Below are positions 13,374 through 26,300 of a stretch of 64,000 nt of DNA, piece by piece. Location: contig BQFW01000011.1 of assembly GCA_020891255.1 (NCBI GenBank), positions 2,036,618-2,100,617 of the forward strand, given 5' to 3'. The DNA is from Entomortierella parvispora E1425 (Eukaryota > Fungi > Mortierellomycota). The position numbers were made by a program, and so were the translations under genes. Each line of letters opens with the position of its first letter. Within the stretch, counting starts at the first letter, position 1. The notes beneath the pieces were generated by a model that saw only the letters and a program-made list of their open reading frames with translations, had not been told where the DNA came from and did no database searches.

Positions 13374-13738
13374 GAAAGAGCTCTATTCCCGTCTGGCTGC
13401 CCGTGCATCATCTCACCATCGAAATAAAGAAAAATACTTTTGTACTCCCACGCAAGGTGAAAGACCACATGCTCTCGGAAGAGGATTTTTATCGCAACTG
13501 CTGCGTCTCCTCTCCTGGGTTCCTGTTGCCATCATCATTCTTGCCATCATCATCATTATCCTCATCGTTGTCGTCGTTCGCCCCTTCCTCCGTATTATCA
13601 CCATCAACAGCTGTAACATCACCTCCAGACAACTGCTGAATCCATTGCATCGTCGTCTCTTGCCGTTCTCATTCTCCCTCCGCCGCGGGTCTCATACAAG
13701 AACAAGACAGTCCTCCCAAGATACCCTGAAACGCGACC

Positions 13739-15163
13739 ATGGCCCTCGAAAGCAACCCAGACCTGGAGCAGTCCATCAGTGCTCTCTCAATAGGTGATGG
13801 CACTTCTAGCAAGAGTCCATCCGCGGGCACGTACCATCCCTACTCGAGTCCGTACCATTTCGGTGGTAGCAGTAGTACCTTTAGCACCATTGACAGCGGG
13901 TCCTCCGCTGACCTCCATCAACTTTCCCCCGCCCCAGGCACGGTTGGAATCCAGTCCCTGAAGCCCTCGCTGTTGCGATACATCTTTTCCTTCCTGGCCG
14001 TGCAGCATTACGACTACCTCAACCACCGAACACACACTCTTTACAACAACCTGGGCCCCGTCAGTTTGGTGTGTAAAGCCTGGAACAATGTTGCCTCGCC
14101 TCTTCTCTGGCAGGAACGCACTTTTCACGGCTGGAAGGCAGGCGAAGAACTGAACGTTTTCTTACAGTTGACCGAGAACGCCGACTTCTCGTCCACTCAC
14201 GAGTATGGCGAGTTTGTAAAGAGGATTGAGATCATTGATTCACATGATGTCGTCGATAAGCAAAATGGACAGTTCGTCATCAATTGGATTACACCTGACG
14301 TTGTCCTGGCCCTGTCAGAGCACTGCAGCAAGCGTTTGAGGGATCTGACATTAGTCTTTGCGACAGGACGACAGACATCAACCGAAACAGAGGAGGGATT
14401 GATCCCTTGGGGAGCACTGGCAGAATCTTGTCGTCGACTGTTCATGTTGTCGCTCGCCAACTATTTGTGTCCAACCCTGCCTGTCGGTAACTCCCACCCG
14501 TTCCACATGTTTGCCGCCCATACGAACCCATTGACAGAGCTGGTACTCAAGCGGTGCAAGAACATTCCAGCAGAGACGTTCCAACAATTGGCACGGACCT
14601 GCGGCAAAGCCCTTACAAAGTTGGTGTTGCTGGATTCGGACGAGTGCCTCGGCGCGGCCGAGATAATCGAGTTTGCTCGCCACTGTCCGGACCTGCGACA
14701 TTTGAATGTGTCATGGATCGAGTCGGTTCCGCCAAAGATTAACGACGAAGCCATGCTCGAGCTGACAGCCAACTGTCTTCGTCTCGAGTACATTTCACTG
14801 TTGGATGCCAACGAGATTTCGGATATCTCTTTTCAGACCCTCCCCAAGCTGCGATACCTCCGTAATCTGATCCTGCCCCGTGCAGGAACTGCTCAGAGCG
14901 GCATGGCTTACCGACAAGAATCACTCGTAGCGTTGGCCAAGAGCTGTAAGCGCCTTGAGCAGCTCCATTTGGTCGCACCTGGAGCGACGACAAGCCGATT
15001 CTTTGAGGCGCTTCTTTACTGCCCTCACCTCCAAGTTTTGGTCATTGTGGAGCTTTGCAAAGGACTGTTGATCGACCAGCGGTTCAAGACTCTTGGCCTT
15101 GCCAAGTATGTTGACCCCGAGACCACCGATGCCTACAAGCTTGTGTGGCACAAGAAGACCTAA
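13739..15163 (+). CDS. F-box/RNI-like leucine-rich repeat protein
   Basis: Intronless 474 aa. F-box-like LGPVSLVCKAWNNVASPLLW; repeated LxxLxL..C LRRs (HCPDLRHLNV, NCLRLEYISL, SCKRLEQLHL). Confidence 0.8.
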   Translation: MALESNPDLEQSISALSIGDGTSSKSPSAGTYHPYSSPYHFGGSSSTFSTIDSGSSADLHQLSPAPGTVGIQSLKPSLLRYIFSFLAVQHYDYLNHRTHTLYNNLGPVSLVCKAWNNVASPLLWQERTFHGWKAGEELNVFLQLTENADFSSTHEYGEFVKRIEIIDSHDVVDKQNGQFVINWITPDVVLALSEHCSKRLRDLTLVFATGRQTSTETEEGLIPWGALAESCRRLFMLSLANYLCPTLPVGNSHPFHMFAAHTNPLTELVLKRCKNIPAETFQQLARTCGKALTKLVLLDSDECLGAAEIIEFARHCPDLRHLNVSWIESVPPKINDEAMLELTANCLRLEYISLLDANEISDISFQTLPKLRYLRNLILPRAGTAQSGMAYRQESLVALAKSCKRLEQLHLVAPGATTSRFFEALLYCPHLQVLVIVELCKGLLIDQRFKTLGLAKYVDPETTDAYKLVWHKKT

Positions 15164-16129
15164 GCCAGAGGCATTGCTTTTGGTCCTGCCGCCCTTCGGT
15201 CAAAGGGGTGGATCGTTCCTTCTAGTCAGGAATGATGTTTTTTTTATTGAAACCGTGGATGTCGAACCGCCGAGGAAGTGAGAACTCCCAGAGAAGGGGA
15301 GAGAGAAGGAGATGACTCTTGTAGGAGCAGGATTGAAGGAGAGTAAATGAGATCAGGGACAGGAAAGGAGAACGACGGACGAAGGAGACGGGTCGGGACA
15401 AAAGGGGTACTGAGGCGAGACAAAAGAATCCTTTTCGCGAAGATCGTCAAGTTGGCATAGCAAAAGGGGACGACGCTATGCTGGGTGGCCGACTCCTTTA
15501 TCTTTTCTTTGCCTCTGCCACTGCCCTTTTTTTCTTTTCAGTCTTGATGCTCAGCTGTAGTAACAGTAGCAGCAGGATCTTCAAGATCATCATCATCAAC
15601 AACAACAACAACAACAACAACACAACAACAGCACCACTACCACCACTACCAACAAGGGACAGCAGCAAAAATGAAATAAAAAAATGAACTTTGATTGATC
15701 TCAAACCGAAACCCCCACACGCTCGGATAGGTCCGCTTTCCACGACGAGCAGCAAGGGAGGATGTCCAGCTCGGACGTGGATTGGACCAGGTTCATTAGA
15801 TCACGGGAAGATGACACAATGGGGTGGGATGGGTGCGATCCCCCGCGTTCCCGTTCCTGGCTGTCAGTTTCAGTGTTCTCAGTGTTCTTCTCAGTGTTCT
15901 GTCCGGTGTTGTCTTCCCTCTCTTTCTCTCTCTTTCTCTCCATTCACACTCTCCACTTTCTCACACTCTCCACTTTCTCACACTCTCCACTCCCTCACAC
16001 TCTCCTCTTGCACTCCCTCACACTCTCCTCTCACACTCTCCCACACTCTCCCACTCTCCCATCGTCTCACCCCCACTTCAATTGATCTCACACTCTGCAC
16101 TCTCCACTCCACACACAAACTAACTTTCC

Positions 16130-19037
16130 ATGACTCCGCCTTTGAACATCAGCACCCTTGCTGGTTCAGCTTTTGCTTCCATTGTCTCCTCCTCACCGCC
16201 TGCCGTGGACTCTTGTACATTCTCTGCTCTGGATGCCAAGACCGTCGTACAGGACTCTGTCATGGACAAGGGCCAGGCTGATCTGCCCTCACTGCCAATC
16301 CCCCCTTTGGACCAAACACTGGATCGGTACCTCGAATCCATTCGCCCCCTGACCACCGATCAAGAGTACAATCATCAACGCGCTGCTGTCCAGACCTTCC
16401 GAGGCGAATCCGAACCCTCTGAAGGTGCGGATCAGACGGAGGAACCGATCGGACGGCACCTGGATCGTCGACTCCGAGAGCATGCTCAGGACTGTGAGAA
16501 AAGAGGCACTAGTTGGTTGGCGGAATGGTGGGACGACTGGGCCTACTTCTCACACAGGGACTCGTCAACATTCTTTGTCAACTACTACTTTGGCTTCCAG
16601 GATGATCCCAGAATGCCCACACAGACGGCACGAGCAGCCCTGCTCGTCAGTCTTGCCCTCGAGTTCCGTCAACTTATCGCAACGTAAGTCTTCATTTTCA
16701 AAAAAAAAAAAAAAAGAAGGAAAGGGGGTTTGCCGGAATCTGTGCTGCTGTCATTGCCACCCTGCGTCCCATGCCCATGCAAGACCAAACGTGAAGAGTG
16801 AGCGCAGACTTGCTTCATACATCTGCTCTGCATGCTGGTGGGGAAGATAGTGGTTATCTTTGTGGGCTCTGTGGCCCTTGTACCACACAGGGCGCAGTGA
16901 TGAAAGCGATTAGATCTGCCAACCAAGCACCGTCAACCCATTGGTTTTTTTTGAGGATTCCGGATTGGGATTTCCGAAAGAACAGCATCTGCTCCGGACC
17001 AGTTACTAACAGTGACTCCTTGCATTCCCTTGTAGGCGGACGTTGACGCCTGACATGGCCAGAAACGCCCCTTTTTGCATGAACATGTACAATTACCTCT
17101 TCAACTACTGTCGCATCGCGGGCTCGCCCGCAGATTCCGCTGTTGGATACCCCACGGCGACCAACAACCATATTTGCGTTGTCAGGAACGGTCGTTTTTA
17201 TATCTTTGAAACCTTGCATCTGCCTGGAAAGCCGACTTCGGTCCTCAGTCCAAGGGAGATCATGATCCAGCTCGAACGTATCAAGAAGATGGCCGATGAC
17301 GACAAGTCGACCTCTCCCTCCATCGGCATCCTCTCCACTGGCCAGCGCGATCAAGCGGCCAAGGACAGACTTGTCCTTTTTGAAGCTCACGCAAACAACA
17401 AGGCTCACATGGCCAAGATCGAGACTTCTATATTTGTGCTCTGCCTGGACTCTTCATCGCCCTCGACCTCTGAAGAATTTTCTCGGGCATGTTGGCACGG
17501 CGATGGGGCTAGTCGCTGGTTCGACAAATGCTTCCAGCTAATTGTCTTTGCCAACGGCCGTGCCGGAATGAACGGGGAGCACTCAAAAATGGACGCCACT
17601 CCGACCTCTCGACTTTGTCGTTACATGATCGACGAGGCCCAGGCTCGTGCCCTGCCGGATTTCCGAAATTTGAATGCCGAAGATCTTTACGAGTGCGCCT
17701 CTGCTCTGGACAAGCCTGTGGCTCTCAACTTTGTCAGGAGTCCTGCTTTGGAAAAGGCCATCGAGGCGGCCCACGTGGCCTTCAAGAAGACTGTCGATGA
17801 GCACGAGATGGTTCCCACAGAGTACAAGGGCTATGGCAAGGGTCTAATCAAGTCATTCAAGATGTCGCCAGATGCCTATGTCCAGATGGCACTCCAGCTC
17901 GCCTATTACCGCAAGCATGGAGAGCTCGTCGCCACCTACGAATCTGCAGCCACACGCAAGTACCGCCATGGACGTACAGAGACTGCTCGCTCGTGCTCAA
18001 ATGAGAGCAAGGCCTTTTGCGAAGCCATGGATGATCCAGAAAAGAGTCTCAAAGAACGTGCTGCTGCCTGCCGTGCAGCAGTTGCCAGGCACGCGCAGTA
18101 TACCGCCTGGGCTGTGGATGGACAGGCAATTGATCGTCATCTGTTGGGTCTTCGCCTGATTCGCAAACCGGATGAGCCAGTGCCTGAACTTTTCGCCAAT
18201 CCCGTGTTTGCAAGGACCTGTCGCTGGCGCTTGTCAACTTCACAAATCTCGGATGATTGCTTTATGGCCTACGGATGGGGTGAAGTGGTGCCCGACGGTT
18301 ATGGTTGTGCGTACATGGTCAAAGAGTCTGAGCTCTACTTTTGTATCACAAGTCTGAAGTTGGGATCCAAGGAGCTCGGTCAATTCATTGTTGACGCCTT
18401 GGAGGACATGCGCTTTACATTCGAGGAGGTCCGAAAGGTCGAGAAGGCCGAGGCAGCTCAGGCGGCCATGGTGGCAGCAGCAGCCCACGCCCTTACACAG
18501 GCAGAACAATCAAGCGAGCTGACTCAAGCTAGTTACGACAATCGTCAAGCATTGGCCCCCTCCTCTGTGCCACTGGAGGGTCATCTTCGTGAAAACCGAT
18601 TTGCAGTTCCCGCCTACGCCCTTGTCGCTCGTAGCCCTTCCCCTGCACGGCCCATGCTTCCTGCTCCAAGAACAAGTCTCTTCTTTCAAAAACACGATCC
18701 CGTCCTTCGTACTGCACTCGCCAGAAATGCAATGGCTATGGCTCAGGAACGTTACTGGTCCGGTATTGACGAGATTGCATTCGACGATATGCCTCCAGGA
18801 TCGCCCCAGATTCGAATTCAGAAGGCTCTCCCCAGTCAGGCGGCTGCCTCCTCTTCGGAGGCCCAGGACGTCCCTGAGGCAGGGTCGACAAAAGCGATCG
18901 GGTCTAGAAGTCGATCTGCAAGTCAAGCGAGCGAAACTGGATCAGTCCGGACCTTTATGGCCATTCTGATGGGAGAGGACTCTGTGCTGAGCCGCCTTCG
19001 ATCCAGACGAGGACAAGGCCCTGCTGACAAGCCCTAA
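16130..19037 (+). CDS. Carnitine O-acetyltransferase
   Basis: LPSLPIPPLDQTLDRYL, WLAEWWDDWAY, NRWFDK-like SRWFDK, catalytic NGEHSKMDATP, SPDAYVQMALQLAYY, YESAATRKYRHGRTE, GQAIDRHLLGL. One ~350-nt intron (16685-17036). Confidence 0.93.
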
Positions 19038-19268
19038 AGGCATTCGTCAACCCAGAGCAAGAAAATGGAACAAGATAAAAAGTAAATATACCGTGAACCA
19101 ACGGCAGTGTCGATCTTCCTGGCAATGCCAGCAGGAGAGAGAACTGCTCGTTGGTAGAAGCAATTGAATTGAACCGAAGCTCCCGCAAGATTAAAATAAA
19201 AATCAAAGGCCGCCACGCCTACCTTTTTCTTTCTTTCATCGACACCTACGTTTTACTTCAACATCATC

Positions 19269-20043
19269 ATGCGCAGAAGCCAGCAAAGCGACCCAATTGC
19301 ACCTCACTCGCAGGCACTGTGCGACTACATGAATGGACGCCCTGCCGTGGTGCTCTCGTACGCCAGATATTTCGGGGAATTCACAGAGGCAGAGTCTGCG
19401 ACCATGGACCAGATTGACAAGGATGGCTTCATTGTAAAATGCATGGAAGGAGGCCAAGAACACGAGGTGCGCGTCGCATTCACACATTCATTGCATGCCA
19501 TCAGCCAGGTCAAGGACATGCTCACATCGCTAGCAAAGGAGGCCGAGCTTGCCCTTCGTGGACCAGACCCCAAGGCCCAGGTATCGTCCGTTTGACCGCG
19601 CTTTCCACCATTTTTTTTAATGTTCTTTCAGAGGCGCACTTTATTAACAGGACCATTCGTAACTTCCTCAGGGAAACATGCCAGACAGCAAGTTCTTTTG
19701 GCCCGCATTTGACACACCTTATCTTGCAATAATCGTGATTGTGTCAACCCTTTTATATCTGGACTTCATGCCCCATACCACAAGCCCAGCACTCCAGTGG
19801 CTTCTTCAACTTGTTGGTCCGGATATTGTGCACTTGATCATCCAGGTACTAGCAGGGGTCCACGTCCTCGAGGCGTTGGTTTCCATCTATCTCACTGTCG
19901 TCGTGGGGCAAGGATTCTTTGAGCCGACACATGTAGTGCAATGGGGCCTGGCTATCTTGGTCTTTGGATACCCCTTCCTCTCTGCTCTGATCCCAGTCGC
20001 AAAAAGGCAGCAGCAGGCAGCAGCCAGAAAGCAGAACCAATAA
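19269..20043 (+). CDS. DUF2470 domain plus C-terminal transmembrane (TMEM254-like) protein
   Basis: ALCDYMN...VLSYARYFG...ATMDQIDKDGF...VRVAF (DUF2470 pattern), intron near 19581-19671, hydrophobic C-terminus with VHVLEAL...QWGLAILVFGYP. Confidence 0.75.
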
Positions 20044-20396
20044 AATAGCACGTGATGAAATCAAGCCACCCAGTCTTTTGCACATCTACCGCGCCTGCTT
20101 GTTGCATGTTGCATTTCAGCATCTCAGCATCTCACTCCTCCCCTCGTACCTCGAAGCTCTTGTTCCCTTGTTTGTCGGCAGCATCCATCATTGCGCACAC
20201 AACCCCGGCAACTCCATTTCAGCAGTTGGAACAGCAGTTGGAACAGCACTCACTTTGCAATGGAATCACATCTGACTCATTGGAAGGAGACGGGTTCGCA
20301 GGAGCACCTGTAAGGCTCATGTGCCCCCGCCTGGCCCTGATCGCGGCACGGTCCCTCGTTGATAATCTCGCTCATGACTGACAACCGCAACTCTTC

Positions 20397-23300
20397 ATGT
20401 CTAGGTTCGAATATGCAACAACTCTCCTCAATACGCCAACAGACGAGATCCCTCATCCTGTCGCGTCTGTTGTCCAGAGAGTTCTACTTTCAGAGCTTGC
20501 GGATGAACTACCAACAGCAAAAGCGACGAGTTTCCTGAAGCATCTGGCGACACAACAAATCGGTGCCAGCAATATTGATGTGGCCGAGATATTGGTCGAT
20601 CTTCTCTGGGTCATGGATATCGAGAACGAGACTTGCCGAGAAGACCGGACGGAGCGTATGCGTCGTTTAACAACAGCCATCATCGTAAGATAATATTCAA
20701 CTTATGCACCGGGACCTTCGACTTTATCAGGGATCCATGAGGGACTCTAAATTAACCATATTTATTTTGATGGCATCAGGCGGAAGGCTTTATTCCCATG
20801 GAGATAATGAAGGAGCGTTGGGAGTTGTCGTTCCTAGAGCTGGTGGGACTCATTCCCAGCGCAAAATTGTTTCAAAAGCGAGTTATCCGTGTAAATACCG
20901 CACAGCTGTAAGTCAAAGATCCTTATGACCATGAGCATTGTATGGATCTCGGAAACGTTAGCTTGCCATTTCAACTCTTGCTCACAATATTGCACTTTCC
21001 ACTTTATATATTCCAGGTACAAGCAGCAAAAGTACAACCTTCTCTGGGAGGAATCAGAAGGATACTCAAAGTTGATCACAGAGCTATCGACAGATACTGC
21101 AGACACGGATAATGTCGCGGAAACATCACAAAAGGCAGCCATGGTGCTCAGGAATGTGCAGTCCCTTATTGGTGAGTCTCCTTCAAGCCGCATGGGATTG
21201 GTATGCCAGGATCGCTGCACTCACGGATGATGCTAACATTACTTGCTTTCAGGCTACTTTGATCTGGACCCGAATCGTGTGCTGGATCTCGTACTCGATG
21301 TCTTTGCAGCCAATATCACAAGCCACTATCGATTCTTCCTCGAGTTTCTTCAAATATCACCATGGAACTCGCAATCAAAAGGGCAAGGACTGACCAGCAG
21401 AAACAGGGCATGCGCACAAATACTTGGCTTCAAATTTCAAAACCTGCAGGTATGTTTAATCCCAAGTCATTTCGGATTCCAGGAATTCATCAAGAACAAC
21501 CTCTCATCAGCAACTCCATTCTACTTGGTCCATCATTTTAGCGCCCCGAGAACCGGCAAAGAACCGCTACTGAGATGTACACTGTGGCAGCTGTGCTGAT
21601 CAAGCACTCTATTTTGCAACTGGAGGATTTGTACCCACATGTAAGATTCTATATGATTTCAGAACGCAGAAAAATCCCAGAGTGAGGACTTGCTTGCTAA
21701 TGTGTGATCGTTGGATCATATCCTATTATAGCTCTCGCTGCCGGATGAAGACATGGAGAAGGAATACGCAGCTTTCGAGGCAAAAATGAAGCATGACGCA
21801 GAGTCATTGAAGAGCAATCCCTTGGCAGTAAGTCATGTTTTCACTCCTACAATATTATTTTTATTTTACCGTGTCATCTAAAACTAATCTCATAATTTCT
21901 TAGATGGCAGGCGCACTATCGGATGATGCCCCCCCAGGAGCACCAGTAGCAAACGAGAGCAAGGATGTCACCATGTCTGAGAGTGGGCCACCAGAAACGA
22001 CTGTGGATCCACCACTTCCGAACCAAAAGGTCGGGATTTTAATGGCTCTACTGTCCCTTGGCGACATGGAGCATTCCCTGTTCATCTTGAGTCAATATCC
22101 AAAACTGACGGCATCCTACCCTGAGCTTGCGGACCTTCTCTGTCGCCTGATTCATGTGATGATCGAGGACGTATATTTGCCCTTTTCGCCAAACTCGCGG
22201 CATCCAGAGCTATCCAAAAAGACGTCGTATGCTTACCGATACCCTCCACAATCAAAGTCTCGCGAAATTTCCGTGGTCCGCACCTTGTCGCCAAATCTTC
22301 CTTTATCGACATCTTCACATCGCTTCGAATACTTTTACGACAACTGGAAGCAGGATCTTGTCCAGTGTCAGACAGTGCGCGATATCATTGAATTTGTGAA
22401 CCCGCTTCTTTCATTGGTGGGTGTACGTATCCACCGCGACATTGTCCTTGTGGCCAAGCTCTGTAGAATCGGCGCTGGAACACTTGCCCAACTTCGAGAC
22501 AGGATCAAATCTCTTTCTAACAGAGTCGACTCGGCGGAACAGGACATTTCTGATTCTACTGTGGACTCTTCACAACTTGAGGCCTTGGAGCTGGAAAAGA
22601 TGACGGTAGAGACGACTTGGATTGACATGACGCGTTCGCTATTCTTACCATCGATATCGCTGGTATACTCAAATCCAGGTATGTCCCTTCCGTCCGATGT
22701 TGGCGTCTTCCAAATTGGTTTGTAAATTTTTTTTAATCCATGATATTTTCTATCTAGGGCTTGTGAACGAAGTGTGGCAAATCTTGAAAGGTCTGCGTTA
22801 TGATGTGCGATTCAGTCTCTATGGCGAGTGGAAGACAGAGTCAAAGCTGCGGTACCCAGAAATGAGAGTCGCTGTATCTGCTACAGAGAAGGATGCAAAG
22901 GACATCATGCGTCGCCTAAACAAGGAGGACGTGAAGAAATTTGGCCGCCTGTTCGCCAAATATTCTCATTCCAACCCAATGATCGTCTTTGCCGCAGCCA
23001 TCAAGCAGCTCGAGGGAGGGTACGACAACATGATCCAACCGCTCGTGGATGCCTGTAAATATCTTACCGACTTTGGGCACGATGTTCTGGGATACGCTCT
23101 TCTTGAGTCTCTTTCCAAAACCAGCTGGAGCAAAGTTCAGGAGGACGGCACGACTGCAGCGAAATGGATGAGCAGTAAGTATCCTTATCCTACAATAGAG
23201 GTGAATACAACCATCACGTATACTCATTCAAAAATCTTTCATCCATTAGCTCTCGCATCGTTCTGCGGGCATCTCTATCGAAAGTACACTTCGGCGGGTA

Positions 23301-26300
23301 TTGCGGGTATTCTCCAATACATCGTGAATCAGCTGCGAGTGGCGAATGGCCACGACCTCATCGTGCTGCGGGAGTTGCTTCAAAAGATGGGCGGTGTCGA
23401 GGAGACATCGAACCTTAACGCGGCACAGATTCTGGCCATGGCCGGAGGTGACAGTCTGAAGAATGAGACCATCTTTGGCGGAGTTGCTGGAACCGTCATG
23501 AAGAAGAATGCAAGAAGTTGTCATCACCTTCAGGAGGCTATGCTCCATGACGATATCGCGAGCCAGTTACTCGTTCTGATTGCCCAGCATCGACAACAGT
23601 GCATCTTTAGCAGCAGTGACATTCCACATTTGAAACTTCTCAGCAACATGTCCGATCAAGCCCACGCGATTCTAGTCCAGTTGATGGACTTTTTGTCCGC
23701 TAATCTGCAGAGGGACTACCCGCGCCTTGTGCCTTCGCTCACCGATCTCTGTGGGAATTACAAAATCGAGCCCAGTGTCGCTATGGCTATTATTCGACCA
23801 AGGATCCAGGACCTGATAAAGGTATCATTCGCCAATGGTGGATAGAATGCAGCCACTCTGATGTCTACAATGGACGCCCAGAACATTTTCTAATTTGCTC
23901 CGTGAACTGTTGTGTATTGATTTATAGAAAGAGCAACAGCACCTCGACTCTCAAACGGACAGTGCCCGAGATATAGCGCTGACGGTCAAGAGTGGCAGCA
24001 CTACGACTTCTACGGGCGCGGTTTCCGAGGCAACATCTGCAAAGAGCATTTCGGAAGCATGGCTACCGGCCTTGGCACCGATTTTGGAAGAGTTGAAAGA
24101 TATTCTTCCTCCAAGAGCCTGGCGAGCTATGAAGCCCCAGTTTTACGCTACGTTCTGGCAGTTGACACTCTACGACATTTTCATTCCAACGGATCAGTAC
24201 AACTCGGAAATATCACGACTCACGACCCAAGCGCGAAGTTTCGACAACGATCGGACCCCGCAGACATCCAGCGTGATGACTAAACGCAAGAAGGAACGCG
24301 AACGACTGCACGGCGCTGTGAATAGACTGAAGTCTGACCTGGCGCGGCAGGAACTCAATCACGAGGCTGTTCAAGTATGGCTTAAGCACGAAGGGCAACA
24401 TTGGTTCCAGGACTGTAAGTAGTGATCGGTATGAGGCCGGTTCTGTCGTAGTTTCCATTCAGGGATGACACACTGACATGTATTTCCTTGTAATAGTGGT
24501 TATGGAGCGACAAGAAGTTGCTATTCAAGTCATACAGTACTGCATCTTCCCAAGAGCCATTTTGTCTGATCTGGATGCGTTGTTTTGCGCAAAGTTCATC
24601 CAGCGAATGCACTCCCAGGGCACATTCAATTTCTCTACATTGACTCTTTACGACAAGGTAATGTGCACATCATGTTGAGGGAGAACTTCCATTGGGAACT
24701 AATGCGTAATCTCGTTAACACTTTGTCTTGTATCATAGATCTTCATGGAGATTCACCGCCTGATCTTTATCTTATCAGAGACGGAGGCAAAGACGTTTGG
24801 AAGGTTCCTTTCTGAAATTCTATCAAATCTCGGAAGGTGGCATGCTGATCGTTCTGTCTATGAAGATGAGGCTTGTGGCGACAGGCTGCCTGGTTTCCAA
24901 AAGAAGTGGGGACCTGTTAGTGGAAAGGTCAACAAAGATGACGTTCTCGACTTTGAGGACTTCCGACATGCTCTGTTCAAATGGCACATTGTGCTTTATC
25001 GAGTATGTCATTGACAGGATGCATCGCCGATATTGTATTACATGGGATTGTACCTATGACTAACAAATCGTTCAATCCATGTCCATGTGTAGATGAGCGT
25101 GGCAAATCTGGAATCAAAGGATTACATGAAGATCAAAAACACTATTGTGATCCTTCGTGAGGTAGCAACCTGCTATCCTGTCATTACGCCTATCGGAACT
25201 CGTTTCCAGGCACTCTTCCAGAATATTGCTACCACAGATGAACGAGGTGATCTCAAACTCCTGGCAAATGCCTATCTTGGTGTGTTGAAGCGGCAGAGCG
25301 ACCACAATTCCTGGATGCCTATTTCGCAGTTCCATATTACCAAGACCGCCCCAGATGCTCCAGGGGGGTCTGATTCGAAGGCTCTGGATGGAGCCAGTGG
25401 AGGAAGCACTACTACAGAAACATCACTGACGACTTCGTCAAAAACGAATACATCAAGAGAGACAGAGGATCGAAGGTATGGTTCTTGAGCGCAGAAGTTG
25501 TCCCCGTGTGCGTTGGATTCTAACTTTTTTTTTTTTTTTTTTTGTGGATTCTGTAGTGGACGAACCGTCTCTTCCTCAAATGCATCCTCGACCTCAAAGG
25601 ACCGTGTCTCGTCCGTCAAAGATTCAAGGATCGGAGGCACTGTCTCTCCTAGTTCTTCAAGTCGAAGAGTTGTACCACTCCCTCCAAAGCCAGGAACGCC
25701 ATCGTACGAACAAGCGCGTCAGGATCCTGTTTCTTCAACATCCAGCCGTGATCAGCGTGAGGCGAATAGTAGGGATGCTCCGCCAGTCAATCCTTCAAGA
25801 GCAGAAGCCATGCCTGAGCTACTTGTGATACCGCTTAAAGGTGGGCCTTCCCGTGAGCCGCAAGAGTCTACAAAAGATTCTGCCAAGGATTATAAGCGGG
25901 ACGCAGCCAAGGAGCCGGCCAGAGAATCCACTCGAGATCAAGGCAGAGACAACAGAGAACACTACCGAGATGGCCCCAGGGAAATCATCAAAGAGAGTCC
26001 TCGTGATCGAATGCGCGATCTCTTGGAGAGCACGGACCGTGATTTACGAGCTAGCAAACTCGCCTCGGCTCAACAAAATGATTCAAGGGACCGTCGCGAT
26101 CCAAGGGATCCTGCAAGTCGAAAGGACATTAGGGAATCCGCACCTCGTGATCCTCGCGACAGAGGAGATGGAAGAGAGCAAGCCAGGACCGATGGACGGG
26201 ATGGCCGCGAGAGTCGAGACGGTCGTGATAGCCGTGATATCCGTGATATCCGTGATAACCGTGAAAGCCGCGATGCTCGGGACTCTCGTGAGGGCCGTGA

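Noticed and set aside
13400-13700. Acidic minus-strand mini-ORF and Ser-rich plus ORF between RLP24 and the F-box gene
   Set aside because: Short, derived from (CAT/ATC)-rich low complexity, and bounded by stops; most likely UTR sequence.
16890-17000. GTGATGA C-box in the long carnitine acetyltransferase intron
   Set aside because: No downstream CTGA D box and no recognisable rRNA guide.
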